A stretch of DNA of 64,000 nt from Heterodontus francisci (lineage: Eukaryota), in NCBI RefSeq assembly GCF_036365525.1, contig NC_090421.1, positions 7,320,725 to 7,384,724 on the forward strand. Reading direction: 5' to 3'. This document shows positions 21,472 through 33,399 of the stretch, piece after piece. Position 1 is the stretch's first letter; each line of letters starts with the position of its first letter. The notes under the pieces are model-generated. The model did no database searches. It worked only from the letters and a program-made list of their open reading frames with translations, and had not been told where the DNA came from. A program made the translations under genes and the position numbers.

Positions 21472-23688
21472 TTCTGTTCCGTAAAGGCGAAGGGTAGGAC
21501 TAACAAGTCCAGGGAACCCTGGACATCAAGGAATATAGAGGATTGGATAAGGAAAAAAAAGGAGGCTTATGGCAGATTCCAGGGGCTGAAAACAGCGGAG
21601 GCACTAGAGGAGTATAGAAAGTGCAGGGGGGTTATTGAAAAAAGTAATTAGGAGAGCGAAGAGGGGACATGAAAAAACACTGGCGGGCAAGATAAAGGAA
21701 AATCCCAAGGCATTTTACAAGTATATTAAGGGCAAGAGGATAACCAGGGAAAGAGTAGGACCCATTAGAGACCAAAGTGGCAATCTGTGTGTGGAGCCGG
21801 AGGACGTAGGTGAGGTTTTAAATTATTACTTTTCATCTGTGTTCACTATGGAGCAGGGCGATGTAGGTGTAGAGATCAGGGAAGGGGGATTGTGATATAT
21901 TTGAACAAATTAGCATTGAAAGGGAGGAGGTACAAGCAGTTTTAGTGGGCTTAAAAGTGGATAAACCCCCAGGCCCAGATGAGATGTATCCCAGGCTGCT
22001 ATGTGAGGCAAGGGAGGAGATTGCAGGGGCTCTGACACAAATTTTCAAATCCTCTCTGCCACAGGAGAAGTGCCAGAGGACTGGAGGAGAGTGAATGTGG
22101 TACCATTATTCAAGAAGGGTAGCAGGGATAAACCAGGTAATTACAGGCCGGTGAGTGTAACATCGGTGGTAGGGAAACTAGTGGAAAACATTCTGAGGGA
22201 CAGGATTAATCTCCACTTGGAGAGGCAGGGATTAATCAGGGATAGTCAGCATGGCTTTGTCAGGGGGAGATCCTGTCTAACAAATTGGATTGAATTTTTC
22301 AAAGAGGTGACTAGGTGTGCAGATGAGGGTTGATACAGCAGTTGATGTAGTTTACATGGACTTCAGTAAGGCTTTTGATACGGTCCCACACGGGAGATTG
22401 TTCAAGAAGGTAATAGCCCATGGGATCCAGGGCAATTTGACAAATTGGATCCAAAATTGGCTTCGTGGCAGGAGGCAGAGGGTGATGGTCGAGGGTTGTT
22501 TTTGCGATTGGAAGCCTGTGACCAGTGGTATTCTGCAGGGATCGGTGCTGGGACCCTTGCTGTTTGTAGTGTACATTAGTGATTTAGACATGAATATAGG
22601 AGGTATGATCAGTAAGTTCGCAGATGACACGAAAATTGGTGGTGTCATAAATAGTGAGAAGGAAAGCCTTAGATTGCATTTTGGGAGGACGAACAAAGCA
22701 AGGGAATATACAATGGATGGTAGGACCCTAGGAAATACAGAAGGTCAGAGGGACCCTGGTGTACTTGTCCACAGATCACTGAAGGCAGCAGCACAGGTAG
22801 ATAAGGTGGTTAGGAAGGCATATGGGATACTTGCCTTTATTAGCTGAGGCATAGAATATAAGAGCAGGGAGGTTATGATCTTCTTCTTTGGCCTCCTTAT
22901 CTCGAGAGACAATGGGTAAGCGCCTGGAGGTGATCAGTGGTGTGTGGAGCAGCGCCTGGAGTGGCTATAAAGGCCAATTCTAGAGTGACAGGCTCGTCCA
23001 CAGGTGCTGCAGAAAAATGTGATTGTCGGGGCTGTTACACAGTTGACTCTCCCCTTGCGCTTCTGTCTTTTTTCCTGCCAACTGCTAAGTCTCTTCGACT
23101 CGCCACACTTTAACCCCGCCTTTATGACGGAACGGTATAAAACGCTAGTTCGGCCACAGCTGGAGTACTGTTTACAGTTCTGGTCACCACACTATAGGAA
23201 GGATTGCACTGGAGAGGAGATTCACCAGGATGTTGCCTGGGCTGGAGCATTTCAGCTATGAAGAGAGACTGGATAGGCTAGGGTTGGTTTCCTTAGAGCA
23301 GAGAAGGCTGAGGGGGGACATGATTGAGATATACAAAATTACGAGGGGCATTGATAGGTTAGATAGGAAGAAACTTTTTCCCTTAGTGGAGGGGTCAATA
23401 ACCCCAGGGGGATTTAAGTTAAGGGGCAGGAGGTTTAGAGGGGATTTGAGGAAAGAATTTTTCACCCAGAGGGTGGTTGGAATCTGGAAAGCACTGCCTG
23501 AAGGGGTGGTAGAGGCAGGAACCCTCAGAACATTTAAGAAGTATTTAGATGAGCACTTGAAATGCCATAGCAGACAAGGCTACGGGCCAAGTGCTGGAAA
23601 ATGGGATTAGAATAGATAGGTGTTTAATGGCCGACACAGACACGATGGGCCGAAGGGCCTGTTTCTGTGCTGTATAACTCTATGACTA
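21472..23688 (+). mobile_element. CR1 (HER1-like) LINE, same subfamily as 2993-5380, with internal deletion and nested RTE
   Basis: IKENPKAFYKY, PEDWR..NVVPLFKKG, YMDFSKAFD, QGSVLGP, FADD, C-terminus QGYGPSAGKWD*; tail CTCTATGACTAT. Confidence 0.97.
22879..23121 (-). mobile_element. RTE-clade LINE 3' end nested in CR1
   Basis: Minus frame ...FFCSTCGRACHSRIGLYSHSRRCSTHH* (RTE C-terminal zinc finger), (GAA)n tail, TSD TTATGA at 22873-22878 and 23122-23127. Confidence 0.9.
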
Positions 23689-24444
23689 TATGTCATTGAT
23701 AAATTGCAGACTTTTTCCAAGTGAGCTTCCTTCTGTTTGGTTTCTGTAGTTGCATGGGCCATGGGGTTAAAAAAAAAGCAAAGTCTCATCTCCTTTCTCC
23801 ACCACACTTTAGGGAGAAATCTGGCCCCCACAACCCCCTGCAAGTTGGTTGGCATTCTTCCATCTTCCAATTTTTATCCCGGGAGGTCCTGGAAACTCTT
23901 CAAAGTGAAGACACTAATGCTGTGTACGTTGTGGTGCGCTTGTTAAATGCAACATTCTGCTTGTCCCTACTTCACTCATTTGCAGTATTGAGGCGGGGAT
24001 GTGTATGAGGAATTAACCCTTATCCCGCCAGCAGATACAGGGACACTTCCTGGGCTGATCAATGTGTTTGTTTTCAGCTCATTCACTGTGACACTGAAAT
24101 AAAGATACTTAAATATCAGGAATAAATTTACTGAGATCATATTAACCTTAAAATTGCTAAATTAAACACAAGAATAGAAACACTTTACCTGCTATTCCTT
24201 TTTGGTCTGATCTCTTTACCCTCTTGTTTCTCAGTCCTATTTAAATTTTGTTTGACTTTTTTTCTAATTAACTGACCTCTCACCAATTTTTAAATCCTTT
24301 TTATCCTTCTATACGACCGTTCATTTTGGAAATGGGAGAATCTTTTAATTTTAAGAAAAAGATTGTCATTGGCGGTAAACCTACAGTTTGGTTTTCCAGC
24401 CAATCAAAAGTGGATGTTTGGAAACTTATCAGTCGTGCTTCAGT

Positions 24445-24845
24445 GGACAGTCCTCTGATCTCTGAGAGGTCATTCTGAGGTCCTGAGTACATCATCTAAA
24501 CTGATACTTCCAGTGCAGTCCTGAGGGAGTGCTGCACTGTCAGAGATGCTGTCTTTCAGATTAGACATTAAACTGAGGCCCTGTCTTCCCTCTCAAGTGG
24601 ACAGAAAAATACTGTTTAAAGGAGAGCAGGAGAGCTCTCCCCAGTGTCTTGGCCAATACTTATCCCCCAACCAACATAAAAAACATATTATCTGATCATT
24701 ACCAGATTGCTGTTTGTGGGAGCTTGCTGTGTGCAAATTGCTTGCTGCATTTCCTATATTACAACAGTGACTGCACTTCAAAAGTGGCGGTAATGCACTT
24801 TGGAGTGTCCTGAGGTCGTGAAAGGTGCTTCAGAAATGCGAGTTG
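24445..24845 (+). mobile_element. Deu-domain SINE
   Basis: CAGTGCAGTCCTGAGGGAGTGCTGCACTGTC...TTGCTGTTTGTGGGAGCTTGCTGTG. Confidence 0.9.
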
Positions 24846-25099
24846 TGATGCTTGCATGGTTACTGCAGTGCCCATGGCGACCAGCACTCAAAATTATTTT
24901 GCGGTGCCACGGGTGCCCCAGTGATCGTGTCGCACTGTGATCTGTCCCTGTGTACTGTGTAGTATCTTTGGGGCACAGTCATTGAAGTTCTGTCTTTTAA
25001 AACAGTAAGGTTGAATCCAGACCAAATATGATAAGATCTGATCAAGAAAAATGGAAGATACTTAGAAATTGGTGCCTCCAATGGCTTGGTTGGTAAATA

Positions 25100-25385
25100 C
25101 TCTAATCCTCCCCTCTCCTCTGCTCCCTCTCTTCCCTTCGCTCTCCTCCACTCCCCCTCCCCTTCTCATTTTCTTTCCTCTCCTCCCCTCTCCTTTCCTC
25201 TCCTCTTCTCTCCTTCTCCCCCTCCCCTCCTTTCCTCTCCTCTCCCCTTCTCATTTTCTCTCCTTTCCTCCCACTCCTCCCATCTCTTCTCTTCTCCTCC
25301 TCTTCTCTTCTCCCCTCCTCTCTTCTCTCCTCTCTCTTTCCCTCCCCTCTCCAGCCCTCCATCTACTCCCTCCCCTCTCCTCACC
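25100..25385. repeat. Polypyrimidine (CCT/CT) tract
   Basis: Almost pure C/T on the + strand. Confidence 0.95.
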
Positions 25386-25699
25386 TATTTAAGGTTTTAA
25401 TCCTTGGACTGTCCTGGTTGAGCTGATCTCAGTAACCATGGGCCACTGAGGCCAGTTTTGGTGCTCCAATCGTTATCCTGACTGAGAGGATATGTGTGTA
25501 CGTGCTTGTACGGGCATGCGTGTGTGTACATGTGCATGTAACTCAGTAAATAAAAAGATTAAATAGAGATTCTGATCCATTGACATTTGGTGAGTGACAT
25601 CACTGATAGTGGAGGAGGACAGAAATATAAAGAAAAGTCCTTTAGAGGAATATACTGAGATAAGGAGCCACAATTTCTAGCTGAGAGCCTCTTTGTATA

Positions 25700-26150
25700 A
25701 AAGGGTTAAATTATGAGGACAAATTGCATAGACTAGGCTTGTATTCCCTTGAGTATCGAAGATTCAGGGGTGATCTAATCGAGGTGTTTAAGATGATTAA
25801 AGGATTAGATAGGGTAGATAGAGAGAAACGATTTCCTCTGTTGGAGGAGTCCAGAACGAGTTGGCAGAACCTTAAAATTCGAGCCAGGCCGTTCAGGGGT
25901 GATGTCAGGAAGCACTTCATCACACAAAGGGGAGTGGGAATCTGGAACTCTCTCCCTCAAAAAGCTGTTGAGACTGGGGGTCAACTGAAAATTTCAAAAC
26001 TGAGATTGATAGATTTTTGTTGGGTAAGGGGATTAATGGTTCCGGAACCAAGGTGGGTAAATGGAATTGAGATACAGATCAACCATGATCTCATTGAATG
26101 GCAGAACAGACTCGAGGGGCTGAATGGTCTGCTCCTGGTCCTATGATCTA
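25700..26150 (+). mobile_element. CR1 LINE 3' fragment
   Basis: LGLYSLEYRRFRGDLIEVFK...HFITQRGVGIWNSLP. Confidence 0.92.
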
Positions 26151-26889
26151 TACATAGAATTGCACAACAAAGTACTGCAAGTGGCAAAATGAGGCACTGA
26201 TTAGCCTTTTAAAAAGTATGTTTTAAAAACATCAAGAACTTTTTGACGACATGCATTATCGGGCTGTGTTCCACATAAGACACTCCACAGTAAAAGCAGT
26301 GTGGGGTATTATGCTGCAGTATTCCTTCAAATCCAGTTCACTATACATCTCATATCACAAAACAAGCGGATCTGTGTCCTGATTTCTGCTGTGATATTTA
26401 CTTTGGTGTGAACTGGTAACTCCAACAAGCCTATCTCTAAACTATCTTGTAGATCAGGTTAAGCAGCAACTGAAAGCCGAGGACTGGCCATATGTTAAGT
26501 AGAAAGAGTCTGCTTTTGAAAACAAACGGTTCTAAAACAAATGGCTGGGGAGAGTGTCAAATGACTTTCAACACCAAAGTGTGAGGTTTCCCATCAAATT
26601 GAACTCCATATGGCAAGACCACCAATTCCGATTAACATAAACAGGCCTTTGCTTTCCCCTCGGATAGAGAAGGCCTGAGTTTGAGTTTTCCAGTGTAGTA
26701 TAACTTGTTTCTTTAAGCTCTGTTGGATTTACGTTAGGAACCGTCCTGCTCAGCTGGAGATAGATGGCTTCAGACCTTGTACCTGGCCTTCATTTCTGAG
26801 TAACCACCTACAGTTTGTAATATGCAAACTATTATTGCGTACTCTTATCTCTAATATTAAACTGAATAAATGAAAGTTTTGTTCGAGAA

Positions 26890-27588
26890 AGTTACATTGA
26901 GTCTACAGCACAGGATCAGGCCATTCGGCCCATCTGGTCCATGCTAGTGTTTATCCTCCACTCGAGCCTCCTCCTACCCTACTTCATCTCACCCTATCAC
27001 CATATCCTTCTATTCCTTTATTCCTCATGATCTCATCCAGCTTCCCCTTAAATGCATCGATACTATTCACCTCAACCACTCCCTGTGGTAGTGAGTTCCA
27101 CATTCTCACCATTCTTTGGGTAAAGAGGCTTTTCCTGAATTCCCTATTGGATTTATTAGTGATTATCTTATCTTTATGCCCCCTACTTCTGGGCTCCCCC
27201 ACAGCTCCAGCGACCCGGGTTCAATTCTGGGTACTGCCTGGGTGGAGTTTGCAAGTTCTCCCTGTGTCTGCGTGGGTTTCCTCTGGGTGCTCCGGTTTCC
27301 TCCCACATGCCAAAGACTTGCAGGTTGATAGGTAAATTGGCCATTATAAATTGCCCCTAGTATAGGTAGGTGGTAGGGAAATATAGGGACAGGTGGGGAT
27401 GTGGTAGGAATATGGAATTAGTGTAGGATTAGTATAAATGGGTGGTTGATGGTCAGCACAGACTCGGTGGGCCGAAGGGCCTGTTTCAGTGCTGTATCTC
27501 TAAAACAAAAAACAACCCCTTCAGGATTTTAAAGCCCTCAACCAGGTCACCTCTCACCTTTCTCTTTTCGAGAGAAAAGAGAGCCAAA
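26890..27588 (-). mobile_element. CR1 3' fragment split by an HE1 SINE
   Basis: FTQRMVRMWNSLPQGVVE frame; resumes at ~27512. Confidence 0.88.
27200..27512 (+). mobile_element. HE1-type V-SINE, 5'-truncated
   Basis: Near-identical to 34847-35160; lacks the A box. Confidence 0.95.
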
Positions 27589-28112
27589 GGTTTTGTGAGG
27601 ACCCAAACCTTCCAAAATGCTAAAGCAGCCCTGAATGTCTTGCAAATTTGCCCAATATCTCATACCATTTCCCTCAGGTTGGGAGCACTATCACAGAATC
27701 TGGCTGGAGCATCGACAGATCTGATGGAACAGGAAAGAGGTGACCTTTAAATGGTTTGAGGGCATTTGTGGAAACAGGGCAATCAATGTTGGAACATAAT
27801 CAAAAGTTGATGAGTGGAACTGTCCCCAGACCCCATCCTCCCAGCTGTGCTGATAATCACCATTCACTGAGGACCTGAAACTCCCGTGTCCCTTTTAACC
27901 TGATGCCCCGCACTGACTGGAGGTTCAGATTGACCATTTGCCTTACACATTCACATGGGGCTGTCTGCAAACGAGATGATGTGCAAGCACAGACTGGAGC
28001 AAATTCCATCGTTTTCATTTTAAGTTACTATGCACAGAAGTAGGAGCACAGGTCTGGTGGGATGTTGCTGTCACACTCCCACTTGTGTATACCTAACAAC
28101 ACACCTGCACTG

Positions 28113-28352
28113 GAAAGAAAAGAAAAACTTGCATTTCTATAGCATCTTTCACAATCTCAGGATGTCCCACAGCCAATGAAGTACTTTTGAAGTGTAGTCA
28201 CTGTAGGAATGCAGGAAACACAGTAGCCAATTTGCGCATAGCAAGCTCCCACAAACAGCAATGAAATAGATGATAAGATCATCTATTTTAGATGTTGGTT
28301 GAGGGATAAATGTTGGTCAGGACACCGGACACCCCTGCTCATGCTCAAATAG
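28113..28352 (-). mobile_element. Deu-SINE 3' half
   Basis: ACAGCCAATGAAGTACTTTTGAAGTGTAGTCACTG. Confidence 0.88.
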
Positions 28353-28419
28353 TACCCCTTAAAAAGCCTCTAATTATCAACTGTATTTTAATGGCGAAAG
28401 AACATTCTCATCGCTGACA

Positions 28420-29135
28420 CCTGTGAGACAGAAGGAGAGAGAAAGACTCACACAGATAGAGATAGGGAGAAGTAGTTAGAGGCTCTTTCCTCATCTCAAT
28501 TTGAGTTCCCTTCCCACTATATTTAATTTTGATAGCAAACAAAAGACTTTGAAGAAAACAGGAAACAGGGGAATGTAAGAAGGGAAGGGAGGAGGGAAAC
28601 AGGTTGAGGGTGAGGAAACGTCTGGCTTCTCACCACCCATTCTTGGGAGGAGTGATTGGGAATAAGAGAGCAGTGGGTGGAGAGTTAAAGGTGAAGTGAC
28701 TGGTAGCAGAGCAAAAGGGAGAGGAGCATTCAGGGAATGAGTGGGTAGTTCAAAGGCAAAGTGTTAGGCTACCAATAGGATTGAATAGGGAGGATAATGG
28801 AAGTAAGGAGCTGGTAGGAAAGGGAGAGGTAGTGGGAAGATGAAGAGGATGTGATGGGAGAGATATAGTGGGGAAAGCAGACGTGATGAATGGGGTTGTG
28901 GGGAGGGGGTGGTGGGAAGAAAGCTGCTGAGGGCCACGGACTAACTTTCCATGCAACTCCCCACAATGCAGTCTGCAGCCCTCGGTGGCTCCTTTATGTC
29001 ATCACCACCTCTTAACAGAGAGAAAAGCGGAAAAGGACAAGAGAAATAAAAGAGTTAAGGAGAGAGGAGCAGGCGGGAAGGGAAAGAGGAAGAGATGAGG
29101 AGAGACACAGAGAGAAAAAGAGTAACAGGAAGACA
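28420..29135. repeat. Purine-rich low-complexity region
   Basis: GA/GGA-rich strand asymmetry; may include very old repeat sequence. Confidence 0.55.
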
Positions 29136-30304
29136 TGTAGGATAATGACCATATGGTGCCATGGGAGATCAGTTATATCACAGCACACATTGTTTGAAAA
29201 GAGACAGTGACTCAATGAGCTCCATCACGGTGAGTAACACTAGAAATATAAGGTTAGAAATGAACAAATGCTTGATTCATTATTTTAGCACAGGCACTAA
29301 CCCCTTTTTTGTGTTAAGTGCTCACCCGTTATTATTAGTGAGTTCACATGTTGGCACATCGATTGAGGGCTGGGTGAGAGTTGGCGCTAATGCCCACCAT
29401 GCCACTCACATGTGACCAACTGGAAATTGGTGTGCTGCCAGCGCAAGAATTATTGCCCCAGGAGAAAGTGGGCAAGGGGAGAAAGCTGTGGGGTGGGGGG
29501 GGGGGGGATCAATTTGAGAGAAAGGTACCTTTTAAAAACTACATGGAATATGAATGATGCTGGTGCGAAGTGAGAGATAAGATAGTGTCAGTACGGGACT
29601 GGTATGATATCACCCACTGCACATTCACCCTCATGTTGTATTGGGTCAGAGGACATGCCGCTATTCTCAAAGTGATATAAACACCCACAGGATTAACGTG
29701 GGGCCCTTAGTTATACAACAGCGAGCTGCCAAGTCATTGTTCCAGGCATTAACTGAATGTATGCACTGTGTACAGTCACTGCAGTTAAAAAAAAGAACTC
29801 ATTGTGTAAACACAGTGGGATATTTCCACATGGAAAGTGCGACAGAAGTGTAAGTATTGTTAGATTTACTGTCATTCACTGAGCAGGATGCTGAATTAGG
29901 GGAGGAAGCAGGGCTGAATTTGGACAATCTGCAAGAAATACAAGTGAAATATAAGCTGACTCAGTGGCCCCTTGCTGTTCAGCAGTTCACGAAACAATCG
30001 AAATTGTCTATTAACTAGGCAGAATTATTGTCCCAACCATGGCAGGGGAGGAGAGTCGTTAAATCTAATTACAGAATTACAAACCTTTCAGTATCACTGC
30101 TGGCAGCTGCTCGACCCAAATAATTGACAGAATAACAAGAGCCAGAGGGACACACTACACTGTGACCCGGCACTCGAAAACATACAATTTGGGAGGGAAT
30201 TGAGCACAGGGTAATATCTTGTACTATCTCTGCCACGTCACTGAGTGGTGTAGGAGTAGATTCTTTACAATGGAGGCCATGCTGCCCCACATGCATCACC
30301 TGTA

Positions 30305-30511
30305 ACAACTACAACTTGACAACTTGCATTAATATAGCGCCTTGAACACAATAAAACATCTCAAGGAACATCATCAGACAAAATTTGACTCTGAGCCACA
30401 TAAGGAGATATTAGGACACGTGAGTAAAAGCTTGGTCAAGGAGGTAGGCATAAAGGAGGAGAGAGAGGTAGAGAGGGACGGAGGGATGTAGGGAGGGAAT
30501 TCCAGAGATTA
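30305..30511 (-). mobile_element. L2 LINE 3' end
   Basis: AACTTGCATTAATATAGCGCC...AAGCTTGGTCAAG...GAATTCCAGAG. Confidence 0.88.
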
Positions 30512-30990
30512 GGGGCAGAATTTTACCCGTTTCCCACCCACCCCCCCCACCCCCCACACAGTTGTGGGCTTGGAGGCGGGGCGGCGGGGGGAGTGCGGGT
30601 CAGCTAGTTGGCGGGGAGTCATGTCAGACCAACTCTTCAACGCAGTCCCACCGCTGGCGAATTTTCCCAGCAGCAGGCTGCGAGGCGGATTGATTTTCAT
30701 AACAAAAGGCCCTATTAAGGCCGATTTTATGGGGCCGACGGCATTTTGCCGCTGGTGGAGCAGCCTCCATCCCGCTGTGTGGGGAGGCCACCAGCTCAAT
30801 GGACGCAGCCTCCATGCAGCAGCCTGGGGGTGGGGGTATCAGAGCCGGAGGCTCCATCCCCCAAAGAGGGGGCCGTGGGCAGGAAAGGCAAAACTCACAG
30901 CCCCCAATGATCCCCTCGTCAGGGTTTCCCCTCCGACCTTCGGCCCCCTGAATTTTGTATTTCTACTGTACTTACTTGGATGCGTCCCGA
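30512..30990. mobile_element. GC-rich Harbinger-like non-autonomous DNA element (one end seen)
   Basis: TTA|GGGGCAGAATTTT terminus like 45082; internal ATTTT/ATTAAGGCC motifs; right TIR not found. Confidence 0.55.
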
Positions 30991-31329
30991 AGCCTTCTGC
31001 CTGCCTCAGAGAAAGGCGAGTATTCCTCAGGAGAATCAGATGGTATTAGACTGTTCTCAGCAGCTTTGTTTCTCCCTGGTGGGTTTTTAAAAAAGAAATC
31101 ACAGTCAATATTGGAGCAGGATGAGGCCATTCAGCCCATCGATGTTAGTCCCGCCATTGTATTTGATCGAGGCTGACCTGTAAGTTAGTTTAATCAGTCA
31201 GCGAGCACTGGAGTGATCTGCTGCTCTCACTCCCAGCATGTGCAGCTCTCCTGCCTCAGTTGAGACCCTGCAATGTTGTGGCGTCTTGGGACATGTCCCA
31301 AAGAGGATGAGGAGGGGGTGGTGGCAGAT

Positions 31330-31652
31330 TACAGAGAATTACATAGAATTTACAACACAGAAACAGGCCATTCGGCCCAACAGGTACATTCCAGTGTTTA
31401 TGCTCCCCACGAGCCTCCTCCCACCCTACTTCATCTAACCCTATCAGCATCTTCCTTTTCTCCGTCATGTGTTTATCCAGCTTCCCCTTAAATGTATCTC
31501 TACTATACACCTCAACCACTCCCTGTGGTAGCGAGTTCCACATTCTCACCACTCTCTGGGTAAAGAAGTTTATCTTGAATTTCCGATTGGATTTATTAGT
31601 GGCTACCTTATATTTATTCCCCCTAGTTTTAGACTCCCCCACAAGTGGAAAC
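31330..31652 (-). mobile_element. CR1 3' fragment
   Basis: FPLVGESKTRG...NFFTQRVVRMWNSLPQ. Confidence 0.92.
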
Positions 31653-32029
31653 AACTACTGTTCACCTATCATTAAGTGTCTGGAGCTTCTTCAAAGAAAC
31701 TTGTCTTTTGAGGAAAAGCCTGTTGTTTTTAGGCTGCATCATTGCCAGAATGGAGATGATTGGGTAATTCCCCTGTCAATCACACTTGGAGCCTGCAATG
31801 TAAGTTTTGATTTCCTGCACATTATTTGTAACTATCCTCCACTCATTGCATTTTGCTGGACAAATAATCTTGCTTTTGTCAGGAAACTCTGACGTAGTTG
31901 CAGTTACAAGTTCTGCTTGCTGCAGTTCATATAGACTCTGTTTGAATAGACTCTGTTTGCTGAGTAAATGGACAGTTCATTGTAAACTAGACTCTGTTTG
32001 GCGTCAGTCCCACCTCACCTCACAGTGGT

Positions 32030-32472
32030 AAAGAATGAAAGACTTGCATTTGTATAGCACCTTTCATGACCTCAGGATGTCCCAAAGCACTTTACAGCCA
32101 ATGAAACACTTTTGAGATGCAGTCACGGTTGTCATGTAGAGAATATGATAGCCAAAGCAAGCTCTCACAAACAGCAATGAGCTAATGATCTTTTTTTTGT
32201 GATGTTGGTTGAGGAAAGAAAATGGACAGGACACCAGAGAGAACTTCCCTGCTCTTCTAATCGTACCAGGGGGTCTTTTGCACCCACCCGAGAGGGCATC
32301 CGGGGGCCTCGGTTTAACACCTCATCCGAAAGGCGACACCTCCAACAGTGCAGTCTCCCTCAGTACTGCACTGAGAGTGTCAGCCTGGATTATGCACTCA
32401 AGTCCTAGAGTGGGGCTTGAATGCACAACCTTCTGACAGAGGTGAGAGTGCCCCACTGAACCAAGCTGACAC
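32030..32472 (-). mobile_element. Deu-domain SINE, near full length
   Basis: Homologous to 19852-20315. Confidence 0.92.
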
Positions 32473-33150
32473 TTAGAGATGGACCAAAGGGCTCCCAGCA
32501 CTGGTGTCACTGTAACTCCACAGGAGTCGCTGCTTGACCTGAGGTGGGAGATCAGCTGTTTTTTTTAAAAAAAAGGTTGGGATTGAAACATGATATTCAC
32601 TGAGATAGTGCTACGATTAAAGCTCAGTTTTCAACAAGCAATAATGTTCAAGGAGTGGATGAAACTATCAGAGGATTGTTAACTTGTTCCTCGCCATGGA
32701 ACTGGCTGGGTTCAGTTGTTCTTAGGTGATGTGAATCAGACCACCCCTGTAAAACAGGGTTTAGCCCCTGTGAGACCATTTGTTTTCTAGTACCTGAACA
32801 TGCCAGACTCACCAAGAGCTCTTTCAAGGACACAAACGGCCACAAATTTGTACTGTATTTACCTGCAGTAAATACAGTTTATCTCTGTTAAATGGGAATG
32901 GGAAAAAGTGGGTTACGTTCGTGAAAAACAATCTCATCTGTTTTTTTTAAATTCAAAATTGCATCCCAGGAATTTACAGTTAATCTTAAACCAGCAGTAC
33001 CAGAGGGTGAATGTAAATTCAACTCTTCTTTCTCTCCCTTCACGAGTGAGCTTAATTGGTAGCGTCTGGAAGTGAGGTCATTGCTAGCTGAGTGTGGAGA
33101 GAAAAATTTAAATTCTATCTGCGAGGGAGAACAGTCAGTGTGTGAGAGAA

Positions 33151-33259
33151 CAGTTAGTGAAGGAGAGACAGTGAAATAGAGAGAGGGCAGTTAGTGAAGG
33201 AGAGACAGTGAAATAGAGAGAGGGCAGTTAGTGAAGGAGAGACAGTGAAATAGAGAGGG
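33151..33259. repeat. 37-bp tandem repeat x3
   Basis: CAGTTAGTGAAGGAGAGACAGTGAAATAGAGAGAGGG at 33151, 33188 and 33225 (last copy lacks one GA). Confidence 0.97.
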
Positions 33260-33399
33260 AGACATAAATATTCAAACTTAGTTTGAGAACTATAGGAAAT
33301 TTGTGAGAGTTAGAGAAACTCTACACTGAGAAATAATATTTAGTGAGAGAGGAAATAGTTAATTGCCAGACCCAAACTGAAGGATTTCCAGAGAAGGCA

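Noticed and set aside
25069-25400. Pro/Ser/Leu and Arg/Glu/Gly ORFs
   Set aside because: Polypyrimidine tract artefact
33151-33259. CRISPR-like 37-bp repeats
   Set aside because: No spacers, no cas genes, vertebrate context
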